Shown in pieces: positions 26,320 to 40,199 of a stretch of DNA of 64,000 bases. Source of the DNA: Octopus sinensis (lineage: Eukaryota). The notes under the pieces were generated by a model. The model made no database searches. It saw only the letters and a list, made by a program, of their open reading frames with translations, and was not told where the DNA came from. Within the stretch, counting starts at the first letter, position 1. The number at the start of each line of letters is the position of its first letter. A program made the position numbers and the translations under genes. The stretch covers positions 68,448,001 to 68,512,000 of the forward strand of contig NC_043005.1 of assembly GCF_006345805.1 (NCBI RefSeq), given 5' to 3'.

Positions 26320-27209
26320 TTACATATATGCTTATATAGGCAGATAGATAGATATATATATATAGGTATGTATGTAGAAACATATAAGTATATATATTTA
26401 TATATATATATATCTACTTATATGTATATTATATATATATATGTATATATATATACATATGTATATGTATTATTGTCATTATTATTACTTTCATTATTAT
26501 TATTATTTGGCATTCTTTATTTAATCTTCACACTCGTTGGTATTCTTCATCCAACCACTTGGTAGCTCAAATCTGTAGAAAGAATACAACTAAAAAAAAA
26601 AAAATTACAAACAAAAAGAAGAAACAAGAAAAGAAACAGCGAATGCGAAATCTACAAGGCAAATAAAAGCACAATATGCATTTGTTGAATCTTCAAAGCC
26701 ACGAAGATTCAAGTGGTGGATTTTGACCACTTCTTGCAGAAATTTCTTCACTTACACATAAACACACATACACACGCTATTACAGACATATGTATCGAAC
26801 TGGAATACAAACACAGAGCATAAATATATACAAACACATCTTGGAACAGACATTCGAACGTCATACACACATATATATCGTATCTCTTCACTCTTTCCTT
26901 CATCCTCCCTCTCTCTCTCTTTTATCCATTTTTTCCTTATATAAATGGATATTGGTTTGTTTAACTTAGCAGAAAACCAACCGTGGAAAAGAAGAGTTAT
27001 AATCAATTGCATCGATCAGAGTATATTACTGGTGCTTACTTTATCGATCCACGAAAGATGAAAGGTAAAGAACTCCGACAAGATTTTCGACTTAAGATTT
27101 ATAGCGAAGAACACAAATCCCAATAATACACGCGCACACACACATGTATGATATGTATAAACGTATTTGCATACATATACATATAATTATGTTGTATTTT
27201 ATATATATA

Positions 27210-27890
<681 letters not shown>

Positions 27891-28209
27891 TCTATACGCT
27901 TCCATTCAGAAACGTGTATTGAGAGAGATACACAGATATTAAATAGTGAGCTGGAGAAAAATCGAGAGATTTAGAGAGAGATAGAGAGAGTGTCGAAATG
28001 GGCTTACAATTCTATTATGCTGCTTAGTCCTAATTGTATTTTGGGAAAGTTTATATCTTGTGACTTTCCTCTCCAATAGAGGCTTTGCCTATCTTTAATA
28101 CTGCACTCAATGCCTATAAAATATGTCATGAAGAGTTCACTGACTGAAATAGATGAAGAGAGTCAGTGTTCTTGACTATCTATCTATAGGTAGATAGACA
28201 GATAGATAG

Positions 28210-28325
<116 letters not shown>

Positions 28326-28489
28326 GATATAGATAATATTCCTTTTCTTGAGTCATTGGGATCCATTACTTACATTAGCTATCTTCAATGCCCAACTAGC
28401 CTAAAGAATGAAAACATTACGCATATAGACACACACATACACATACTCGCACATACACACACGTACACACACACGCACGCACATATGTA

Positions 28490-28925
28490 CATGCAGATCG
28501 CTCGGACTAAAGTTGATAGTTTGCACAAAAGGGAACTAAAACACAACATAGCTCCAAAAACGGATGTATTTTTTAAAGATCAAAGAATATATATTACATT
28601 ATTTCTGGATGATAACAGTTTACTTGAAATAACCGTCTTCAGCGTCCTCCATGGCCTCAAGTGACTCTGGAACATGCTGCATGCATTTCTCATTGTGCCA
28701 GTGGGAAAAACCTTCGAACGCTTCCTTGATCCTGGCCATCAGCTCGACCTTGGTGTACAGGTAGAACAATATGGTGTCTTTCTCAACCGCGCTCAAAATA
28801 ATCCTTGGGATTACAATCAGAGGAATTAGGAGGCCAGAAACTGGAGCGGGTGAAGTCGTCAAAATTCTCCAGCAACCACACTTTTGTGGGATGTAGCAAA
28901 GGGCTAAATTCTGCGTCCACATATA
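28490..28925 (-). pseudogene. Tc1/maT-like transposase C-terminal fragment
   Basis: Minus strand gives FWPPNSSDCNP (cf. WPPNSPDxNPLD), AVEKD, TKVELMARIKEAF, LEAMEDAEDGYF across frames. Confidence 0.75.
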
Positions 28926-29999
28926 TGGACATCAAGTAGTAAACCGTGTGACGGGATTTGGTAGACAGAGACTGAAAGAAGTCCCTAGTATTCTGGACGG
29001 CTGAAATCTACAAGTTTTTTAAAATTTTCTCTCTGTTTATTTTTTGCTGTTCCTTTCTGTTAGAGAGTGTAGGCTCGAAACGTAAGATACTTATTCATTT
29101 CCTCGAGCGTCAAACTAATCTTCTTACTTCTTCATCTTTTCTTTTTCTAAAAAAATCAACGACACACACACCACACACACACACACACACACATACATAC
29201 ACACACACACACATATATATGTATATATATATACAGGCGCGCACATACATATACACACACATATATGTGTGCCTTTGTGTCTGTGATACCGCTTGGAAAC
29301 CCATGCAGGTGTTTTCCCGTCCCTGTCACTTAGCAACTCGACTATGTGGCTGATAGAATAAGTACTTGAGTCGATATATTCGACTGAAAATTCTTCAAGG
29401 TAATCTCCTAGCATGGTGGCTGTCTAATTCCTGAAATAAGTAAAATATACATACATACATGCATACATGCATACATGCATACATACATACATACATACAT
29501 ACATACATACATACATACATACATACATACATACATACATACATGCACACACACACACACACACGCACACACAAATACGCACACACATACATACTGCAAA
29601 GTTTGCTTTTCTCATCTGAATATTCTAACATGATATTGTGAATACACAGGAAATCAAAGTTTATATGAACTATTCGTTTAAAATGTGTTACGCATTGAAC
29701 TATGTTCGGAATAAACCTTCCAAGGATAATATGTATGTAATTAGACGTGCGTGTGCGTGCTATTCCCAAACCCCTACAGTTAACTTTATAGATACTTACA
29801 GATATTTTAGTTAGCGTGACTGAATAGGTAGATATGTATATGTATGCTCCTGTGTGTATACATAATCATACATATATGCATACACACGTATATGCATACA
29901 CACATATATATGTATATATATAATATATATATATATATATTATATATATATATATACATATATATATATACATATATATATGTATATATATACATATAC

Positions 30000-30032
<33 letters not shown>

Positions 30033-30033
30033 T

Positions 30034-30075
<42 letters not shown>

Positions 30076-30810
30076 GTATGTATATATGTATGTATGAACA
30101 TACATACAAACACACACACACACACATACATACACATGCATGTTTGCAGTGTTTCTTAATTTGGTACTATTAAACTATGATAAACATAATCAGCTTTTAT
30201 TCTTCTTATTGTTGTAACAATTACGTTGATGGTTATGGAGATTCAACGGTCCGGCAACAGGTTCATTGCATGATTAAATGTTATAGTATCTGTTTGGTTC
30301 AAGGGTATTATATTTTATCATGAATCCTGTGACGTTCCTTATAATTTGCTTCGTTTTCATAGTTGTTTAGCAATAGATCAATCTTGATCGAGCACATTTA
30401 TGATTAAAGATATTTCAGACATGAGATATATGCATTCTACATTGACTAGCATACTAAGCTTGTCATTATAATATGCATTACATGTGTATCTATATTATGG
30501 GGCGAAGCAATGTTACCAGTTGAGATTATGGTCAATTATAGTCGAAGCGATGTTATCAGTTAATATTGCCTACATACGAATAAATGTACATACATATTTG
30601 TGTGTATGTTTGGTTATGCCTTGCAAACATGAAATCGATGTTTACACTGGGTTGGGTGTCTGTCTGGCATAAAGGTGATATATGGTTGTTATTCAGACAA
30701 ATTGAGAGGTTTAACCTTTTAACGGTATATATGCTCGGTTTCTGCACGCTGCATACGTTTTAATTTAATATACACGCGCAAACACAAATAAACGCTCATA
30801 AGCACACACG

Positions 30811-30880
<70 letters not shown>

Positions 30881-31009
30881 CACACACAAGTATATATATA
30901 TATAATGTAGATCCACTTCAGATTTGTATTTGTCTAGCAAGTTGTCTCGCTTAGGATCCTAGATCGACATTGAGGTGTATCCAGGGATAACAGCTTCATG
31001 TTTTCACAG

Positions 31010-31065
<56 letters not shown>

Positions 31066-31132
31066 ACACTGTCTGTGTCTGTCTGTCTGTTTGTTTCTCT
31101 GTATGTATATATCTATATATCTTTCTTCCTTT

Positions 31133-31378
31133 TCTTTTACCTTTTACTTGTTTCAGTCATTTGACTGCGGCCATGCTGGAGCACCGCCTTTAGTCGAGCA
31201 AATCGACCCCGGAACTTATTCTGTGTAAACCCAGTACTTATTCTATCGGTCTCTTTTGCCTAACCTCTAAGAGACGGGGACGTAAACACACCAGCATCGG
31301 TTGTCAAGCAATGCTAGGGGGACAAACACAGACACTCGACCACATACACACACACGCACGCACACACACACACACACA

Positions 31379-31424
<46 letters not shown>

Positions 31425-31602
31425 TAAATACATATATACGACAAGCTTCTTTCAGTTTCCGTCTACCAAATCCACTTACAAGTTTGTTGGTCGGCCCGGG
31501 GCTATAGCAGAAGATACTTGCCCAAGATGCCACGCAGTGGGACTGAACCCGGAACCATGTGGTTGGTTAGCAAGCTACTTACCATACAGCCACTCCTGCG
31601 GC
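31133..31602 (-). mobile_element. SINE family A
   Basis: Full-length reverse copy with internal microsatellite. Confidence 0.92.
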
Positions 31603-31716
31603 TATGTATATATAAATAAAAAGAGGCAGGCAACAGGTTGCTTATACCAAAATCTACCCGTAAATAATTGGGTTTTTTTAAAACTACTAATTATTTACCC
31701 TTATATTATTAATAAT

Positions 31717-31811
<95 letters not shown>

Positions 31812-31814
31812 TGT

Positions 31815-32206
31815 AACAATTTGAATCAAAAATATTAGTACATTTGATTTTCAAGCGTGATGCTAGTCGTCAGCCATTTTGAATTTGAATGGCAGAAGTT
31901 GATTGTTATTACCTTAAGGTGGCTGCAATTAGTCGAGGATGGTCACGCGCTGTCGTCGTTTGATGTTAGTGTATGGGTAGCTATTAATTGGAAAATACTG
32001 CAAGGTGAACAGGAAATTGAACTATTTTCACGCTAATTGTTACCCGTACATCAACTTCAGTCCACAACACGGCGCGACCTTCCTCGACCAATAGCAGCCT
32101 ACCTTACGGTAATAACAATTTACTTGTGTCATTCAAATTCAAAATGGTTGACGACTAAATTCACGCTTGAAACTCAAGAGTATTAACGAATTTGAATCAA
32201 ACTGTT
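31815..32206. mobile_element. Whole-length palindromic MITE (~390 bp)
   Basis: Left half AACAATTTGAATCAAA..TTCAAGCGTGA..TAGTCGTCAGCCATTTTGAATTTGAATG..ATTGTTATTACC..GTCGAGGA mirrors right half TCCTCGAC..GGTAATAACAAT..CATTCAAATTCAAAATGGTTGACGACTA..TCACGCTTGAA..TTTGAATCAAACTGTT. Confidence 0.85.
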
Positions 32207-32304
32207 TTGATCCATTCATGTAACTCCCAGTTCTACATTTAAGAGATGAGGAATTTTGTACATTATTTACATTATTTACATTGGAGCATATGTATATATT
32301 GCTA

Positions 32305-32586
32305 AGCTATGGATGTGTAGTAGCTTGCTTACCAACCACATCGTTCCGGGTTCAGTTCCACTGCGTGGACCTTGGGCACGTATCTACTACTATAGCCCCG
32401 GGTCGACCAAAGCCTTGTGAGTGGATTTGTTAGACGAAAACTGAAAGAAGCCTGTCGTATATGTGTGTGTGTGTTTGTGTGTATGCTTGTGTGTCTGTGT
32501 TTGTCCCCCCACTTTCGCCTGGGGTCGATTTGTTCGACTAAAGGTGGTGCTACAGCATTGCCTAAGACTGAAAAAAGTAAAAGAAT
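32305..32586 (+). mobile_element. SINE family A, internally deleted
   Basis: GCTTGCTTACCAACCACATCGTTCCGGGTTCAG..GAAAACTGAAAGAAGCC..GGGGTCGATTTG..GTAAAAGAAT. Confidence 0.85.
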
Positions 32587-32628
32587 GTATATATATTATA
32601 TATATATCCATATATATGTATATATATA

Positions 32629-32659
<31 letters not shown>

Positions 32660-32769
32660 CCATATATATGTATATATATATGCATATACAGATACCACAC
32701 ATATTCATATATGCATATATACGGGGTTGTGTATGTATGTATGCCATGCCTGTATATTTATGCGTCTGT

Positions 32770-32822
<53 letters not shown>

Positions 32823-33169
32823 TATACGCACACACATACATACAGACACACACGTATGTTCATATTTTTAAAATCACCAAACCCCCTCCCCCACCCCCAA
32901 AAAATAACCCAAAACAAAAAAAGAAGAAACATAAATCAATCCTATTATCTGCAAAAGTAGAATTTCTTTAGCTGGTTGGGAGCGAAATCTGAAAGAATAT
33001 CAAAGCATGAAATACTTCGAAATATGAGGCTGCAAGGTAATCAATATCAAGAACTACGATTGGAAAACATTTAAAAGGTTAACGTGTGGTTACAAATGCT
33101 ACAAAATTATTATAGGTTAATTTATTTAATCCCTAAGTAATGTTTATTGCCGTTTCAACATAGCTGTTC

Positions 33170-34030
33170 GCTATGGAACTACGTTACTACCATTATTTTT
33201 TTTTAACCTCAGGAGGAAATCTCCAGCCGGTTAGTGACGCAACTTGTGTCCGCTATATTATGAGCAGGGGAGCGAACCCCTACCCTCTAGCGGTGACAAG
33301 ACCAGTATACCAGTCTGGTTTTAGAGTATTTACCTTCATCAGTACAGGACACCTGTCTGCTACACATGATAGTTATTCATTCTAGTTCGCAAAATACACT
33401 TTGCTTATTTAATGCGCGTGTGCACTACAAGATTTGTTTAATACAAACACACACACACACACACACATAATTAATAATATTAGGGTAATAAAGATTTTAG
33501 AAATGTTTACTACCAGTGACCTAGCGTATAGAAAAATTAGTCAATAGACTATATATTATTAATATAATATACAGTGTACATTTAAACACATTAAGAGATT
33601 TCCAGCATAGGAATCTTTTTTACGCTAGAAAGAACAGCTAAAGTCCAAACCACTAATTAGGGATAAATTTTCGAAGGGAATGAAAAATAAAAGCATTTAC
33701 CATCTCGTTCTTGGACCATGGTTTCTGACTTATTCTAGTAAATAAAATAATTTACTATGGCGAAGTCTTCATCAACAGGGACGCCCACTAGGCCATGCTT
33801 CCTTATATACCCCAAGTTTCATCTGCACTTGCTATACACTACAATGCCTGGGACGAGGTAGTACTTGTCTTGCGCAGGATTTTCATGTATGAAACTTTCT
33901 GAAGATACGATGAGTCTTCCAAATACAAACGCCAGCCGTGATCTATATGGATTGACGGCGCTAGTGGCAGTATTCTGTGATCGACTCAAACTGGAAAAGC
34001 GCTCTCCAGACAGTCAGTTGGAGTACAGTT
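33170..34030 (-). mobile_element. Decayed Penelope-like remnant (GIY-YIG trace plus downstream degenerate hammerhead at 33302-33348)
   Basis: Minus 33801-33908 translates ..QDKYYLVPGIVVYSKCR*NLGYIR, resembling VVYxxxCxCxxxYIG. Minus-strand hammerhead-like motif CCTGTA CTGATGA AGGTAAATACTCT AAAA CCAGACTGG TA TACTGG. Confidence 0.45.
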
Positions 34031-34719
34031 CAAGACGAAAGCATGTTCGTATAGTTTGTAGAATAGGCCTCCAGTTCCGGCGTTTGTTCCTGTACAAATA
34101 ATACTAACAACAATAATAATGTAGATGGTAGACAACAAACATTTGCAGAAAAGGGGGAAGAAGAAAGATGGGGAGCGGAATGGTAGATACTGTGTAGAAT
34201 ATAAAAGAAAACAACAAGAGCAAAACAATAACACAAGAAGAGAAATTCGATACGATGAAATTTTGGTTTGAGGTTGTGTCAATTAAGGCATCGTTGTGTA
34301 GCGGTTACACGGTTGGAATGAAGATATATATTTAAGATCAGATTAGGCAGTGCTTTCAAGATTTGAAGAAAACAAAAAACGGAAGAGTAAAATGCTACAA
34401 ACGAGCAGACAGGTTGTAGAATATCTAATACGAGGTGTGTGTTTGAAATCTGTAATTACCATTCTTGTTAGAATTCCGAGCTAACTTTGAGATGCTTAAA
34501 AGAATCGAACAGGTCGATAAAACGAGTAGGTTATATAAGAAATACCTATGCGTATGTGTACATGAACTTTTGTGTGCATATATGAGTGTATAATCATACG
34601 TATATCTATATATATACACACCTACATATGTACACACACAAACATATATACATATATACATGAATATACACACATGTATATACGCACACATATGTATACA
34701 TACCTACACACACATATAC

Positions 34720-34759
<40 letters not shown>

Positions 34760-35028
34760 ATGTATGTGTATATGCATACATATGCACATACACACATATA
34801 TATATATGTATATAGTTGAATGTGTGTGTGTCTTTGGGCGGGTTGGTGCATATTTAAATGAATGTATGCGCGTGTCTAGATTTCATTCGTATAACGCATA
34901 AATGTACTTTTCAGTTTCGGTGACTAAAATGAAGATACCTTCACAAATAACCTGATTATAGAGGCACAGACACATACGCGCACGTTTTCACTCACTCTCT
35001 CATACACACACCAATTTGCATACGAACA

Positions 35029-35310
<282 letters not shown>

Positions 35311-36036
35311 ATGTGCACACACATATTCTCTCTCTCAAACACACAGACATACATACACGGACTCGCACAAATTCGGACATATACACACACACGCACATAA
35401 GCACAGACACACACACAGACAGACTATTTCCTAAATATAGACGTGTACGCATAATGAAAATGTAAGTTGTGCTGTTTTAAATTCGGCAGTTTACAGCTAG
35501 AAACGGTAAATTATCTGCTGTAGAGGTATTTTGATATTCAAACCGTGACTTATCTTGGCAACTCTATGGTGAGTTAGTTTATACAAATGCCGTCCCGTAT
35601 GCTTTAACGTGTCTTCTGTTGATGCTCAACTTCCTGCGTTCGCTTACTGCTACGATTGTGAATCCTTCTGGCTGTTATTAGTTTTTCACTCCCAGGGACG
35701 CCATCAAATTAACAGACATATGATCAGTGTAGTCCATTTGCTGTTTCTTTTTTGTTGTTGTTGATATACATTGTATTTATTTCTACGTTATGTAAAGTAT
35801 TAGTAGTATTTCAAAGACGGTAAGGTGTAATTTTAGAGAGACTGACTGCTATTTCTAACCTGTTGAAGACTAATGTGATCCTTTGAGATCTACTGTGCTT
35901 GGTCAAAGTGGATCCTAGGTGCACTTCATCGAGTCTCTCTTCGTTTAGTATAATAATGGTTGCTGTATTTTGGCTGTTATATTTACCAAGATCTTGCTCT
36001 TTTCTAGCCGATCTCCATCTCGTATGCTTCTAGTAC

Positions 36037-36950
36037 TTATTCTAGTCTGTAGCTGAGATCCTGTATTTCTGCTGCACTGTTTCTTAATAGGGCAATAATA
36101 TCAGCAAAGCGCTGTTTGGAAATGGGCCGTCCTCCAGTAGAGACAGAGGGGTAAAGGTATTCAAGTGACTCCTGCATGAGGTTCTTCAGGGAGATGCTGA
36201 ACCGAACTGGAGAGAGGAAACAGACTTGCCGAATACTCACTTTTTTCCAGAAGAATTCTCCCATGTTGCTCAGGAGAACTGCACTGCTTGAGTTTTCATA
36301 CAGCGCTGGGAGTATTTCGATGAGATTGTTGTCGAAAGTAATAATTCTTCATCAGCTGCCACTATCTACCGTGACAAACACGGTTAAAGGCCTTTTTGAA
36401 GTTGATGAAGTTGTGATAGAGGTCAGACTGGTGTTGATGATGTTTCTCAGTAAGTAGTCTAATGTCAAATATCTGGTCCACAATACTTCACTTGGGGTCT
36501 AAATCCCGTTCTTCTGCAAGATATTTTGCATCCCCCTTAAGCCTGTTTAGCAGAACTCTTAGCAATAATTTCCTGGGGTGGCTAATTATGCTGATTCTTC
36601 TATAATTCTGGTAGTCTTAAGTTGCTTTCTTGGGAATGGGTATCATCAGTGATTGGGTCCACTTCTTTGGCCACTGCTTCACCTCCCATATTTTCTGACA
36701 GGAAACTGTTAGTGCCTTGATAAGCATTGACTCTCCATGTTTTGGGGGCTCTAATGTAATGTTATCCACTCCTGGAGATTTCCTATCTTTGAGCATGCGA
36801 ACTGTAACTTCGACTTCTTTCTGGAGAATTGGAATATTCCCAAGTTCTCTATTATTTTTGTTGTTGTTGGAATTGTCTAGGATGTTGCCGTCATGTTTGA
36901 TGTTGTGATTGCAAAGGGTTTTGCAGCGTTCAGAACATCTTTTGATGACA
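36037..36950 (-). pseudogene. RTE-clade LINE reverse transcriptase fragment, decayed
   Basis: Minus strand gives WPKKWTQSLMIPIPKK, NYRRISIISH, LYHNFINFKKAFNRV, IRQVCFLSPVRF, GGRPISKQRFADII (cf. RTE GGRxIxNLRFADD). Confidence 0.88.
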
Positions 36951-39293
36951 TGAAACGCTCATACACTAAATAAAACCAAATAAACAGCTCGCAGTACAAC
37001 CACAAATTCCCCTAACTGTACCAGAACGAGGGCATTTTTATTCCGTGGAAACTGCTTGCTATAAAACAAAGCCAACAAGGCAACGGTATCACCTCCACCC
37101 AACAAAACGACATTGGTGCCACTAGAAGAACATTCAATAACGAATACACGTACCACCCACACACATACGCCAAAAAATATGTAAAATCAACGTAATTTCC
37201 CTGTGTACAAATATGTAACAGAAGGCTTGATGTGGCCAAGTAGAGCTCTGACCAAAAATATTCTAACCAAGATGTTCCACCTATTTTTATCTAATAATTT
37301 ACTCAAGAGTATGCTATATAAAGTGTCCTCCGTTTATTAAGTTCACTTAATGCGGGAGATATTTGGCTGTAATTGTTCTTTTTAAAGTAACTGCATCCAT
37401 GCTTCCTCGTTCTCTCGTCAGTTTTGTCAGTTTGTCCTATTGATGGTAAGCAGAAATGTACTCTTACTTAAGAATTATAAACTAAATTTAATGAATATAT
37501 AAAACTTAGTAAATTTAGAATAATTTGAGAAAAGGAATTTATTTTATATCTTGAAATGCAATTGACAAACAGAACGATTGTATGAAAATTGGAAGTTTAA
37601 AATTAATCTTGAAATAGTTATTATGAATTTTACTTTAAAAATCTTCAAATTCTCTTAAGAAACTACGACAGGAAGCTTAGATTGCTTTTTAGAATCTCGA
37701 GATTCTAATCAATATTGTGTCATTTGTTAAATTACAAAAATGCAAATTAAGATCATAGGATTTTCAACGCTTAATTACTTTTTGTAAAGAGCTTTCTCTT
37801 AGTGCGTATCTCGGAGTTTATATACATGAACACTAATGTATTCATGTATGTATAGGGATATACATATATGCCTGCATAAATAATACATTCACGTTCATAA
37901 ACTATAATGTCACACATATCTACATGCACATTTGTCTATCTGTCTGTCTCTCCCCTCTCCCTCTCAGCTGAGTTTTATATAATTTGTATACAAGCATGCA
38001 TTGACGTACGTATGTATATACGCACTCATAATTGTGCATGTATTTATGTGTATAGGACCATGTTTGTATTTGTGTGTGTAAATATATCTGATTGCATGTG
38101 TGTACTGTGTGTGTGAGTGTGTGTATGTATGTGTACTGTGTTTTTGCTTTTGAATTACCGGCAGAATAAGATGCAACTCAAGGCATCCTTTCAAAACAGA
38201 TTTAAACTAGTAGCAATTCGCATAACACTTATGAAAAGCGTTAGAATATTATGAATGGATATAATGTACTTGGTCTGCTTATTCAGCACAGAAATTTAGA
38301 AATCTATATATTGATTACTTTATAGTTTATATCAGAAATATTATTCAATATTTCATGAAGGCAATATCTTCATTTGAAAGTCTAGAATTTTATTTGTTTG
38401 GTATTACAATCAAGTTAGTTATCAGATTTGCAAATCTGAGGTAATATTGCATTTTAAAATTATTATATGATTAAACTCACATAGTAACAGAAGATTAGTT
38501 ACTCGATCGGGAGTTGATGGCTCATATACGTTAACATATGATATACTAAACTGCTTGTGGCGTTTGTACATGTTTTTTTACTCAATTCAAATACATTGAA
38601 ATAGGTATTGCTAATTCTGCAGCCCCTAGTTCCAATGCAAAGCAAAATTATCTAACCCCTTGTTAACGTCAATCGAGAACAACTCATTATCAAAGATATT
38701 TCACATGTAACCCTCTCAAAATTTTGTGCACTAGAGACTGCTACATTTTCAACATATTTATAAACTTGTAAGATAGTATCATGTAACATAAGGGTGAGAT
38801 TTAACTGCTTTTTCTGATAAGTCAATGGTTCATAGAAGCCTCGTCTGTTGACTTAGAAGATTATCGTTTACTTTGTAATGTTTTTTTAGCTTATAGACAT
38901 GAATTAAAAGGAAAGTAAAACTTCTTATGTGCAATATCGCTCAACAGAGAACAAAATCACCTGGAGTCCAGAACTAAGGAATGGAGATCGGGAGCACTTT
39001 AAGCTAGAGGGTGGTTAATTGATACGTAGTTAGTAATCAGTTGGAAGCCTCGAGAGAACATGTAATATTCTTTATGTTGCAATAGACTAATGGAATGTTT
39101 GACAGTTATCTTTAACTTGAAAAAAAAAAGTTTTAAAACAGTTAAAATCAATTTTGTCTTTGTTTACAGGCAAACCAGTTGCCACATCCATCGATCCATC
39201 TATCAACACACACACATTTACATATCCAATCTTGAAATTCCACAATCTAAATGAGTTCGTAAACTCAAGCATGCACACATGTATGTATGTATG

Positions 39294-39325
<32 letters not shown>

Positions 39326-39336
39326 TGTATGTATGT

Positions 39337-39370
<34 letters not shown>

Positions 39371-39436
39371 GGATCATACGCTGATTTCAGGAACAATTTT
39401 ATATATATACTGGTTGATGGGGGTCTCTCTCCCCCG

Positions 39437-39472
<36 letters not shown>

Positions 39473-40199
39473 TTTCCCTACTTTTACTTTTCTTCCTGTT
39501 TCTGGAATGTCCTGAAACCCCCCACTCTGTATGTTTCCCCCTCTTTGTTTTCTTTATTTCTTACCCCTTTCCCCCCCCAAAAAAAAACAAAAATAGTTTT
39601 CTCCTCTTCTAAACAAACCCCAAAACATCTGATTCATATAAATGAACAAGGAAACGTTCTGTTTTTATCATTTGGATTTTTGTCTTGACGAGTTGGATAA
39701 ACGAAGGAAAGCGCTAATAATGAATTATCAATAATTCTGTCTGCCTCTTTTACCTCAATACATACATACATACATACATATATGGTGGCTGCCCCCTCGT
39801 TATCGAGTATGGCTATTGCACGAAGCTTCACCAATGTTGATATCGTGCAATGCCTGTGCAAGAAGATTTTTTAAAGTGAGTAAAGGCTGTGCACTGAGTC
39901 AATCCCACTCACTAAGCAACAGTAGCCATAATCCGAAAAGAAGAACAAGTCAACATCATCGGTAACCACTCAGGTATATTAGAATCTCTTCTCTTTGTCG
40001 TAACTACACCCATTGCTATGTAGAAAGCCTTATATAATTTCATCCTCTTAGCCTACACGCAGCCTCTGAGTAGGGAAGAGATGACAAAATTAGTTTTCGC
40101 CAGCGGAAGGGTTCTATCTGCGCTGTCTTTTCAACCACGCAGTCTTTATGCTGGTTTCAGCTAACACTCTTATCTCTTTAGTTTTCCTAGATTGCATGG

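Noticed and set aside
33816-33824. In-frame TGA at a Cys position of the GIY-YIG-like trace read as selenocysteine
   Set aside because: The surrounding sequence is heavily decayed; a TGY-to-TGA mutation is the simpler explanation.
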